Shown here: piece after piece, positions 41,281 to 52,986 of the stretch
How the letters are laid out: each line of letters begins with the position of its first letter
Numbering within the stretch: position 1 is the first letter of the stretch
DNA from: Octopus vulgaris
Taxonomy: Eukaryota
Direction: 5' to 3'
Assembly (NCBI GenBank): GCA_951406725.2
Contig: OX597832.1
Coordinates: 29,202,001-29,266,000, forward strand
DNA length: 64,000 nucleotides
Translations under genes and position numbers: made by a program
Notes under the pieces: model-generated
What the model was told of the DNA's origin: nothing
Seen by the model: only the letters and a program-made list of their open reading frames with translations
Databases searched by the model: none

Positions 41281-43046
41281 AACTGTGTAATGTAATGTCA
41301 GACATTCTGTTATGGGATACATTGTTTGATGGGATGGTCACGGCTGGAGTGCATTGGATCAGGGGATGAGCTAAATACTGACATCAACACGACTCCTACT
41401 GCAACCTCTCCCCCACATATGCACACACACACATTGGCGCACCTCATACTACCACCACCACCACCACCATCTCACCTAAGCTCTCTATTTTTATATAATG
41501 CATACATTAAAATAAGATTGAGCCCCCCTCCACCCCCCACCACCACTTCCAAACCCTCCCCCCTCCCCTCGGTTCCACCAGGGAGTGACTAATTTATCAG
41601 CTTTTGCAAAAAGAGAGGAGGAGGGGGTGGATAGTAGGTTTCAGGATGTGGTGGTGGTGTGCTGTACTGGTTATTATTAATGTGTGGTTCACAGGGTGAC
41701 AGGGGTGGGTGGATGGGTGGGTGGGGTGCATATGGTGGTGGTGGTGGCGGTTGCGGTGGTGGTGGTGATGAATTGGAGGAGACTTGAAAGATGCGGCGGC
41801 GGGGGGGGGGCAGTAAGAACGGGGGTGGGCGGTTGGATGTCTGGAGGTAACGTGTTGACGGTGGGGGTGGGGGAGAGCGGGGTTAGAGGGGGGGGGCAGA
41901 TGAGGGTGCGATGGTGGTGCAGCAAGATGGAAGAGAAGGGGATTGTGGGATACATGCGTATAGGTGGTAGTGGTGGTGGTGGTGGTGGGGGTTAATGTTG
42001 AGGAGTGATGTCTGAGTGTTGATGAAAATGGTAGCAGCAGTAATAGTAGTAGTAGTAGTAGTAGTAGCAACAGTAGTAGTAGTGGTAGTGGTGGTAGTAT
42101 GGGATTATACTTAAGCCTGTCCCTGTACCGCAACATCTCTGAAAAGTCTTTGGTCTTTTCTACCATTCCTTCAGTGCCATCCACATTCCTAACATCTGTT
42201 AATCACACTGTTGTTGTTATTGTTGTTGTTGTTCTCCTCCTTCCTTCTCCTTCTTCCTCCACCTTCTCCTCCTGTACTGACATCAACTCCCTTTTTTTTT
42301 TTTTTACATTCCCCCAGATCAAATCTGTTGTAAGCTAAATTTATCTTTCCTACCCCCTAGGGGTCGATTTAAAACTATATTTATTGGTCACATGGAGGAA
42401 GGCTGACTTTAGTGGCGTGTGTCTACCTGTCTTTCCACTCGGGCCATGTACCTCCATGAAGGTACGCGATGGCTTAGTGGTTAGAAGGTTGTGGTTTTGA
42501 TTTCTGAACCAGGCAGTGTTGTGTTTTTTGAGCAAAACACCTTCATTTTATGCTGTTCCAGCTGACAAAAAATTTGCTTTTAACAATATCCGGGAATTTA
42601 ACCCTGGGATGATTCAACATTCTGTTCAGAAAGTGTGTGTGGGGAATGGTGATGGGGTGTTGCAACCTCAGTTACTTATTACACCATGGGACCAATCCTT
42701 TGAACCTTAGGATTTATGACAAAACTATACCATTCTTTGTTCCAGTGGGGACAACAATAAAATGGTCTCAGAGTGTATTCCAGGAATTTTAGACCTTACA
42801 CTCAGTTAGTTTCTCAATTTAACAGTGATTGATAAGCCCCATGTTAAAATCTGGTCAAAGTGAAACTAGATCGACCAATCAGAATGCAGATAGATCTTCA
42901 GGGTTGGATTACGCAGTTTACAAATGTCTGCTGTTTCAGGTGTTGTTTTGAGTGTTTTTTTTCTCTTCCCAATTTTTCATCTCTGGACCCTGGATCACAG
43001 CTGAACCCTTAAAGTGTCTGTCTGTTTACAACACAAAAGGTACCCT

Positions 43047-43416
43047 AATTACTGGTACTTGTGACGGCGTTCACCCAGGGTGGGTTGAGCCGGCTTCTTC
43101 TTCTGGTCCTGATGGCATCACGAACCATGGCGACCCACGCTCGATGGTCCTGTGCGAGGTCACTGGAGATAGCAAACCATTCGCGGTTCCATCTGCGCAG
43201 ACTGACTACCTGCGGACCTGAGAGTTTGGAGATGTCCTTCTTTATCGCCATTGCCCCAGGTCTTCAGCTGCCCCCTCCCCCGTGTGTTTGCACCAGTTGG
43301 GAAATGGAGGTGGAAGGAGGACATCATGAATCAGCTCACCCTCTGGACACTGGGCCGCATGACCGAACCACCTTAAGCGCCGTTGTAGAAGCACCGAAGG
43401 GAGGGGCCAGAGATTC
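43047..43416 (-). mobile_element. 5'-truncated RTE-clade LINE with 13-bp TSD
   Basis: TSD CAAAAGGTACCCT at 43034-46 and 43417-29. The minus strand encodes, with frameshifts, LLQRRLRWFGHAAQCPEGELIHDVLLPPPFPNW…GQLKTW…AIKKDISKLSGPQV…SSDLAQDHRAWVAMVRDAI…EAGSTHPG*. Confidence 0.88.
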
Positions 43417-44032
43417 CAAAAGGTACCCTGGATTGTTTATCACTGATAGGTACCATCAAATGGAATAAGATTTTGATGAAGATCAACAGGAATTCGATCA
43501 AAACATCTCAAGGGGTCAATGATGATAATGATGGTGATGATGTCTCAACAAGGCTCAATGATTCCCAATCAACTTGATAGTGGTGGTCATGGAATATTGG
43601 TATTAGTTGCAAATTAACAATTCCTGACGTCCCCCTCTCAGCTTTTTGTTGTTTAATTTTTTTTTTTTGTGTGTTCTGGGTTCTGAGTTCCAGTACAGAC
43701 ACTAATTATCTCTGTTCATTCAGGGCTGATAGGGTTTAAGGGTACTATTTAAGGTGTGTTGAGGTAATGTTTTAAGGTATGCTTGGGGTACTGTTAACAC
43801 TATTTATCAAGGTTCTGTTTATTGTGGTGTATCCAAAGCTGATGGCTGGAAAATGGGAGGCTGACATTGAGAGGACAATAATGATGGGGTGTGATGAAGG
43901 ACATTGCAAGTGAGAGGAGTTAATTGTTTAAACCAAATGGAAAGTGGAGGGCAAGAACCTGCTTCTCTCTTATCTACTGCTGTCTTATCTTTGGATTTTG
44001 GTGATGATTATCACTGCCACCACCACCAAGAT

Positions 44033-44066
<34 letters not shown>

Positions 44067-44081
44067 TCACCACATAATATT

Positions 44082-44498
44082 TATTTCTTTACTACCCACA
44101 AGGGGCTAAACACAGAGAAGACAAACAAGGACAGACAAACGGATTAAGTTGATTACATCGACCCCAATGCATAACTGGTACTTATTTAATCGACCCCGAA
44201 AGGATGAAAGGCAAAGTCGACCTCAGCGGAATTTGAACTCGGAACGTAGTGGCAGACGAAATACCTATTTCTTTACTACCCACAAGGGGCTAAACTCAGA
44301 GAGGGCAAACAAGGACAGACAAACGGATTAAATCGATTATACCGACCCCAGTGCGTAACTGGTACTTATTTAATCTACCCCGAAGGGATGAAAGGCAAAG
44401 TCAACCTTGGCGGAATTTGAACTCAGAACGTAGTGGCAGACGAAATACTGCTAAGCATTTCGCCCGGTGTGCTAACGCTTCTACCAGCTCGCCGCCTT
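44082..44498 (-). mobile_element. SINE family A, tandem dimer (184-bp period)
   Basis: Complete copy 44266-44498 plus a head-truncated copy 44082-44265. Other A copies: 1-145, 425-555, 32960-33325, 35635-35877, 38920-39140 (all -), 40085-40280(+), 54172-54600. Confidence 0.88.
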
Positions 44499-44758
44499 AC
44501 AAAGTTTTAGTGGTAGTAGTGGTGGTGGTGGTGGTGGTATCCAATAGCAACAGTCGGTTTCCCCTCCCTAATTCCTGGCACTTTAACTTCTCCTCCCCAG
44601 TTCACCCCCCCCCTGCCCCCCTACACATACTCGTACCTCCAGTCTCTCCCCCATCCCTTCTGTGTGTGTGTGTGGGGGGGGGGGGTGAGAGATGAGGGGT
44701 GAGAGATGAGGGGTGAATGTTCATAAGGGAGCTGTCAGGCTTTGATCAAAGCAATCAA

Positions 44759-44789
<31 letters not shown>

Positions 44790-44840
44790 GCATGCATGCG
44801 CATCCAGATATGTTTATAAATACACGTGTGTACGTACATG

Positions 44841-44880
<40 letters not shown>

Positions 44881-46294
44881 TACACACACTCACACACATA
44901 CACACACTCACACACACACACACACACGCTATTACCACACTGAACAACTCATCAGCTTCTGTCTTCCTTGTTATTAATAGATAGCTTGTCTCCATAGCAA
45001 CAAGGGGCAGTAGGTAAGAATGGCGGTGGGTTGGTGGTGCCGGTGGGGGGAACACCTTTCTCTCACTTTCTCCCACCACCATGCTGTAACCAGTAGTAAC
45101 TACAACAGCAACAACAGCAGCAACATCAGAGAGTTTCTCTATCATTGCCCTACCTGCTAAAAACAGTAGTCAGTCTCTCTAGAATCACTCACAGTGATGA
45201 TGTAAAATGGATGGACTGATGAGGTGATGAAGCCTTAAAGACCAGCTGCGTAATAGGTGGCTTGGTCACAGCTGGATCGTCTGCATGATCAGGACTGACC
45301 TAGGGCTAAACAACAACAGTTGCAACAAGACACTTCTGCATTAGAATTACCGTTTTTCTGTCTGTCTATGAAGACATGATTCCACATGTCTTCATCATCA
45401 TCATCGTCATTTAATGTCCGTTGTCCATGCTGGCATGGGTTGGACGGTTTGACCAGAGCCGGTAAGCTGAGAGGCTGCACCAGACTCCAGTCTGATTTGA
45501 CATGGTTTTCTATAGCTGGATGCCCCTTCCTTACACCAACCATTCTGGGAGTGTAATGGGTGCTTTTACATGCCACTGGCATGGGTGCCATTTGTGTGAC
45601 ACCAGTATCTGCCACGACTGCGATTTATCTTGGCTTGCCGGGTCTTCTTCTCAAGCACGACATAATGCCAAAGGTCTCAGTCATTGCCTCTGTGAGGCCC
45701 AGCGCTCAAAAGGAACTCAACCACTTTGCCTTCCTCAGTATTAATCGAAAAACACCCCAGAAATTGAGTAAATTGTTGTAAAAAACTGGGACGATCTTCT
45801 GAGATTCCATAATGCCATTGTGGATGCGATTCTGTTTTGAGAAATTTCATATCCCCTCCTTAGAATCGGTGCCACATCCTTATATTCTTCTCCGTCTTTG
45901 ATCCGCAGATTCTGTTTTGTTGGAAATGGTTTGTAGGGGAGGAAATATTCTTCAATTAGGTGAAGTTGATGTTCGTGTTGTTATTGATGCTGTCTTTAAT
46001 TGCATTATGTTAATTAAAATTTCCCTCTTTAAACTTTTGTCGTTTAAAAAAGTAAAAAAAAGGTTGTCTTTTTGTCAGTATGTCATTTATAAATGGAAAT
46101 AATTAGCATTTAATCATCAAAGAAGTCGTAAGTGGAGCTACAGTGTGGGGTGGGTGAGGGCTGGAATATATATATATATTATGTATGTGTGTGTAGATGT
46201 ATATTAGGTGTGTGTATACATGTGTATATAAAGCATGGTGTACTCTCATACGTGTGTCTCTATATGTGCGTATGTGTGTGTGTATATATATATA

Positions 46295-46715
46295 GGCACA
46301 GGAGTGGCTGTGTGGTAAGTAGCTTGCTAACCAACCACAAGGTTCCGGGTTCAGTCCCACTGCGTGGCATCTTAGGCAAGTGTCTTCTGCTATAGCCCCC
46401 AGGCCGACCAATGCCTTGTGAGTGGATTTGGTAGACGGAAACTGAAAGAAGTCCGTTGTATATATGTATATATATACATATATATATATATATATGCATG
46501 TGTGTGTATTTGTTTGTGTGTCTGTGTTTGTCTCCCTAGCATTGCTTGACAACCGATGCTGGTGTGTTTACGTCCCCGTCAGTTAGCGGTTTGGCAGAAG
46601 AGACCGATAGAATAAGTACTGGGCTTACAAAGAATAAGTCCAGGGGTCGATTTGCTCTACTAAAGGCGGTGCTCCAGCATGGCCGCAGTCAAATGACTGA
46701 AACAAGTAAAAGAGT
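46295..46715 (+). mobile_element. SINE family B, full-length copy
   Basis: Colinear with 9939-10329. Confidence 0.9.
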
Positions 46716-48575
46716 AAAGATATGTATATATATATATGTATATGAGAGAGAGAAAGAGAGTTGTTTTAGTGACTGTTTTCCCACTGTGGCATGGGTTGAA
46801 TAGGTGTGCCATTTAACATATCTCTCATCCATCTCAGTCCCACATCATCGCAGGTGTGAGGCTCAGTATCCTAAAATCTGTTTTCACCATTTTCCTTGTC
46901 TGTCTTGGCCTCAAATTGAACGTGGCCCAATCAAATGGTTGTCCCCAATGCCTGCGCCCCCAGTCCCTCACCACTTCATTGTAAATACAACAGTGGGAAG
47001 TCAATCAGTGTCAGCACTGTTCAAATGATGGGTGTTTTTTTAACTAATAAGTATTAGATTCAACTACTTCCCCCCTGTTAGATATCAACCAAGAGGCTGT
47101 GCAGGATCTTGTTGAGAGATATTGAAGGGTTTATCTGGGAGATAAAGCTGGAAAATTCTGGGGAATCAAGTGTGATATAACTGACAGTTTTCTGGTATAT
47201 AACTAACTGTTAAGATTTTGTGGGGTGTAACTAAGATCTTGTAGGATATTGATAAGAGAGAAATGAATTGAGCAGGCTATGTTAGTCAGACTAACCTATA
47301 TCAGAGATCTGATGTACATATTACTTGAAGGTGAAAGCCTTATGACTCCAGTGCATTATGGGACTGAATATGTCTGACATACCTGCTGTAAATTTTTTTA
47401 TGCAACTGGTAACAGAAACGAATCTTTCTTATGCAGATAAAATTTTATTAAATTAAAATTACGGTGGCATGTAAAAAGCACCAACCGATCGTGGCCGTTA
47501 CCAGCCTCGCCTGGCACGTAAAAAGCACCCACTACACTCATGGAGTGGTTGGTGTTAGGAAGGGCATCCAGCTGTAGAAACATTGCCAGATCAGACTGGA
47601 GCCTGGTGCAGCCTTTGGGCTTCCCAGACCCCGGTCGAACTGTCCAACCCATGCTAGCATGGAAAGCGGACGTTAAACGGTGATGATGATGATGATTAAA
47701 GCATCAAAATTTACTAAATTCCAATCCAGTGTTGTGAATATTCCTCATTTACTTCCAAACAAAATAGAAATGGTTTTGGTTTGGACTGGCACGATTTATC
47801 ATAAATCTGTGATCTTTAAGTGTTGCATGAGAATGATTAATTAGTCACATTCTTTTGATTAATGATTCTCCAATTATAGCTTGCATGGGACCAAACAATG
47901 GCAACAACAAAAACACTACAACAATCTAATGAAGAAGCCCTTACTTGATCCATTGGCTTTGTACTTGTAAAAATAGCAGCTATTTCTCTCTCAAAGAGAC
48001 AAATTGGACTTTGTAATCCTAGATACATTATGCCTGGTCGAGGGTCTGGAAAGTTTGCTTTAGAATTAGGATGCCTCAGGTTTGATCCCACAGTCAGCTG
48101 GTACTTTAGTAGAATTTGCGAGAGGGGAATATGTGTGTGGGAATCCTTTGGAGGGATTGTAACGGTAATTCAAAGGGGCCTACGGTCATAAGTTGATATA
48201 TATTATTACATACCTTATGTTGTCATCGTCATCATTTAACATCTGTTGTCCATGCTGCTGCTATGGATTGGATGGTGTCACCAGAGCTGACAAGATGCAC
48301 CAAACTCCAATCATATTTGGCGTGGTTTCTACGGCTGGAGGCCCTTCTCAATGCCAACCACTTTACAGAGTGTGCTCAGTGTTTTTGCATGGCATTGCAT
48401 GAGTGCCTTTACATGACAAACTTACTACAGACTTTGTGTGCACACATGCACACACACATACACACACACATCATCACCATCGTTTAATGTCCACTTTCCA
48501 TGCTAGCATGGGTTGGTCAATTTGACTGAGGTCTGGCGAACCAGATGGCTGCACTAAACTCCATTCTGATCTGGC

Positions 48576-48606
<31 letters not shown>

Positions 48607-48608
<2 letters not shown>

Positions 48609-48768
48609 TGCAGGAGTGGGTGTGTGGTAAGTAGTTTGCTTACTAACCACATGGTTCTGTGTTCAGTCCCACTGCTTGGCACCTTGGGCAAGTGTCCTCT
48701 ACTATAGCTTTGGACCGACCAAAACCATTGTAAATGGATTTGGTAGACAGAAACTGAAAAAAGTCTGT

Positions 48769-48830
<62 letters not shown>

Positions 48831-49057
48831 CATATATACATGTATGTGCATGTTTTTGTGTGTCTGTGTTTGTACCCCCAACATCACTTGACAACCGATG
48901 TTGGTGTGTTTATATCTCCGTAACTTAGCGGTTCGGCAAAGGAGACCGATAGAATGAGTACTAGGCTTACAAAGAATAAGTCCTGGGTTAGATTGGTTTG
49001 ACTAAAGGCAGTGCTCCAGCATGGCCACAGTCCAACGACTGAAACAAACAAAAGAAT
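48607..49057 (+). mobile_element. SINE family B, full-length copy
   Basis: Colinear with 9939-10329, with a longer internal (TA)n. Confidence 0.88.
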
Positions 49058-49359
49058 ATGCATATATATCTTTCCACTCAAACTAGACCCTAATTCTCAG
49101 TACAGTCTCCCCTTTCAGTTATGTTGAGGGGTTATTTATTCTTAAACTTGCCTTAAAAATGATAAACTTATTTTTCATGTTAATTTATCCCTGTTTTTCC
49201 TCCCCAACAAGTGTTAGGATGAGTCTGATAATGATAATAGTAATAATAATAATTAATACAGTGTGTGTGATTATTGAGTGGTTTACTTTTCAATTAATTG
49301 TTTATTAATATGAAAGTCTGTCACCAAACTTTGATACAAATTACAAAATAATTATTGTG

Positions 49360-49392
<33 letters not shown>

Positions 49393-50514
49393 GTTATTAT
49401 TATTATTGTTATTATTGGTAAATATGACTCATGCAAAATGTATGTGTGTGTGATAGAATAAGTACTAGGCTTATGGTGGTGCTCCAGCATGGCCATGGTC
49501 AAGTGACTGAAACGAGTAAAAGAAATAAAAGAAAGATTACACAAAATGTTTTAACAATTTTTAAAAATAAATTGCTAATTATGTTTAATTACCAAAATAT
49601 AATGATAGGATTTTTGAATTGGGCCCAGTGGAGTAAAATAGGGATCAGAAGGGGTCCAGATGCAAAAAAAAAAAAAAATAATGGTTGAGATGCACTTTGT
49701 TAGATCAACAGAATTGTCTGGGAGAATATATTGGAGTGGAAGTGGCAGGCTGAGTATTCCTCAGACACATGTACTTTTAATGCTGTTATCTGTTCGATTC
49801 AGTATTACTGTGATGTATAACAAAATCTTGCTCTTCAAACCACAGTCTCTCTCTCTCCCTCTCTCTCTCTCCCTCTTTCTCTCTCCCTCTTTCTCTCTCC
49901 CTCTTTCTCTCTCTCTCTCTCTCTCTCTCCCTCCTCTCTCTCCCTCCTCTCTCTCTCTCCCTCTTTCTCTCTCTTTCACTCACCCACCCACCCACACCCA
50001 GCTGTTCATTTTCCTCCATGTTATCCCAGGTGGAATGTTTATCATCTGACCAATTGCTTTTAGAATTCGATGTTCTCCACGTTGTTCCTACCATTAACCT
50101 TTCGACCAGGAGTGGAACCTGTTTTATCGGTGCCAATAGCATTGTATCCTATTCTCTCTCTCTCTCTCTCTCACACTGGATGGTGACTTCATTTAGAACG
50201 CTGTGTTGATGGAGAGAGATGTCATAGACACACAGACAGACCAATGGTCATTGATATAATTGGACCTAATGGGAAATAATATAAAACTGTTGGAACTTTT
50301 TTCCAAGGTGTCAATAAATGTCTCCGTCTTCTCCCGTATTCCTGTCCATTCGCTCATTCGCCATCGTTTAATGTCATCTACACACCATAAACACACTCAT
50401 TTTATACACCCTGTGTGTACACTCATATATTTCCATATAAACTCCTACGTCTATATACCCGCACGCACGCATGGGGTAAACAACGTACATACATACACAA
50501 CTCACTTAGGCATG

Positions 50515-50545
<31 letters not shown>

Positions 50546-50895
50546 GGTGTGAGTGTATGTAAATGAGGAAGGGGGGGAGGAAAAGGTGGTGGGGTGGAAT
50601 AATGGGAAATATTTGTTTCTCTTCATCATCCAATAACAACTGTTTATTTTATTGATTGGCTCTTGTTACAGACCAATACTTCTGCCACCACCACCACCAC
50701 CACCACTACTGGTATTAGTCATAAATATACACCACTAACACTACTACCACCACCACCACCACTGCCACACACACCTAGCCAGCCAGTCAGCAAGAGGTGG
50801 GGGGGGGGTCTATTATGGGATCACTTGGTTGACTTGCTACAAATAGCAGCAACGTCTCCTTCAAACCGTGTGCTACCATGAAGAATTGTTATATA

Positions 50896-51153
50896 CAGGG
50901 TATGGCCAAAAGTCACCTGACAGTAAGCAAAAAAGAAAAAAAAAACCCCATTTAATTCCAAGATTAAAACAAAAAATTGTTTTATGTGAGACTTTGCTAA
51001 TAAATATGTTACAAAATAAAAAAATAAAATCGGTGATTTTTAACTCACAGCATTCAATTATTAAACAATCATAATTGGAATGAATAAATGAAATTGAATA
51101 TTAAGTATTTATGGAATTTTGATTTACTGTCGGGTGACTTTTGGCCAACCCCA
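50896..51153. mobile_element. Tc1/mariner-type MITE
   Basis: TIRs ta|cagggtatggccaaaagtcacctgacagtaa and ttactgtcgggtgacttttggccaacccca|ta, with an AT-rich interior. Confidence 0.75.
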
Positions 51154-51155
51154 TA

Positions 51156-51190
<35 letters not shown>

Positions 51191-52687
51191 AGAGTTTAGG
51201 AAAATAACAAAAGACGAAGACAGGTGGTGTACAAAACAAACAGATGTATTAGTATAACGCTCAGGAATAGAAAAAGTCTTTTACGTTTCGAGCCTACACT
51301 CTTCTACAGAAAGGGAAACAGAAAAAACAAGGAGAGAAAAAAATGTGTGTAGTGGCTAACGATCTATCATGCCGACAGAAGGGTCACATATATATACATA
51401 TATATATATGCACAGCCTTTAGTGAAACAAATCGACCACAGAACTTATTCTTTGTAAGCCTAGTACTTATTCTATCGGTTTCTTTTGCCGAACCGCTAAG
51501 TTACGGGGCTGTACACAGACCAAAATCGGTTGTCAAGCGATAGTGGGGGGGTCAGACACACACACATATATATATATATGATGGGCTTCTTTCAGTTTCC
51601 ATCTTCCAAATCCACTCACAAGGCTTTTTTGGCCTGAGGCTATAGTAGCAGACACTTGCCCAAGGTTCCACACAGTGGGACTGAACCCAGAACCATGTGG
51701 TTGGTAAGCAAGCTATTTGCCACACAGCCATGGTCATGGTTGGACTGTCCTTGATCACAGGCCTACTTGGTCAAGCAGCTGACCTGGAGTTGAGCAACAG
51801 CAGCAACTTATAATCGTCTCCAACGTCCAGTGATTGGTTTGCTGGATCCGGTCAAACTTTGCGCCAAATATAACACCACCAGACACATTCTAATGACCAA
51901 TTTGTCTTCAGTTGGTGACTTATAAATAATTAATATCATTTACAATTATAATTTTAGCACTTAATGATTATGGAAAAAAAACTAAGACATTATAAGAGTC
52001 CGACGAGCTCAGCAAACGACTACTGCACATCCACTAATTGCTCCATTATCAACTGCACTACGCTACACCCATTAACTATGTGTCATGTGATGGTGTGATC
52101 GACTCTGCAGTGTCTGCCATGCTGTCTGAGGTACATTGGATGCTGTAGTGAAGGTACATGGCTTAGCGGTTAGCATATTTGACTGATGATACATCTTTGT
52201 TTCACTTTTGCAATTAGTTAGATCATCATCGTTTAACGTCCGTTTTCCATGCTAGCATGGGCTGGACGGTTCAACCGGGGTCTGGGAAGCCAGGAGGCTG
52301 CACCAGGCTCCAGTCTGATCTGGCAGTGTTTCTACAGCTGGATGCCCTTCCTAATGCCAACCACTCCATGAGTGTAGTGGGTGGTTTTTACGTGCCACCA
52401 GTACAGGTGCCAGGGGAGGCTGGCAGCGGTCATGGTCGGTTGGTGCTTTTTACGTGCCACCGGCACAGAAGCCAGTCAAGGAGGCACTGGCATCGGCCAC
52501 GTCCAGATGGTGCTTTTTACATGCCACCGTCAAAGGTATCAATTATACTAATCTCCTTAGGTCAATTTATTCAAGAAATGAACCCAAAACGATGAATAAA
52601 TTTGAATTGCAGTTCTTTATTTAAGAGACGAGGAATTATGTACATTATTTACATTTGATGGATATTTGTCCTCATCTTGTTTGTTGT

Positions 52688-52734
52688 GAACACAACGTTT
52701 CGGCTGATATATCCTCCAGCCTTCATCAGGTGTC
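52688..52734 (-). ncRNA. Minimal type-I hammerhead ribozyme motif (Penelope-associated type)
   Basis: gacac CUGAUGA a ggcug-loop-cagcc GAAAC GUU gugu: intact core, 5-bp stems I and II, loopless palindromic stem III (AACGUU). Confidence 0.75.
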
Positions 52735-52794
52735 TTGGGAAAATTTCAAACCTGGGCTCTCATTCCTAAGGTATTTTTCGATGTTATTATTATT

Positions 52795-52863
52795 CAGGCC
52801 TGGAATTGACCTTGGAATCTTGGGGTTAGTTGCCCATACGCTTAACCACTACGCCATTTGCCC
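52795..52863 (-). promoter_or_regulatory. tRNA-Arg-like Pol III internal promoter (SINE head)
   Basis: Minus strand reads gggcaaaTGGCGTAGTGGttaagcgtatgggcaactaaccccaagattccaaGGTCAATTCCaggcctg. A box 52846-56; B box 52802-11 (one deviation). It resembles eukaryotic tRNA-Arg(ACG) (…AAGATTCCAGGTTCGACTCCTGG) but the anticodon arm is degenerate, so it is not a tRNA gene. Confidence 0.7.
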
Positions 52864-52940
52864 ACAGGCATAATAATGATAATAATAACAACATCAAAAA
52901 ATACCTTAGGAATGAGGACCCAGGTTCGAAATTTCCCCAA

Positions 52941-52986
52941 GACACCTGATGAAGGCTGGAGGGTATATCAGCCGAAACGTTGTGTT
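52941..52986 (+). ncRNA. Minimal type-I hammerhead ribozyme motif (inverted twin of 52688-52734)
   Basis: gacac CTGATGA(52946-52) a ggctg gagggtatat cagcc GAAAC(52974-78) GTT gtgtt; predicted cleavage after 52981. Confidence 0.75.

Noticed and set aside
52795-52863. Functional tRNA gene
   Set aside because: The anticodon and acceptor stems do not pair properly and the B box deviates, so I treat it as a SINE head.
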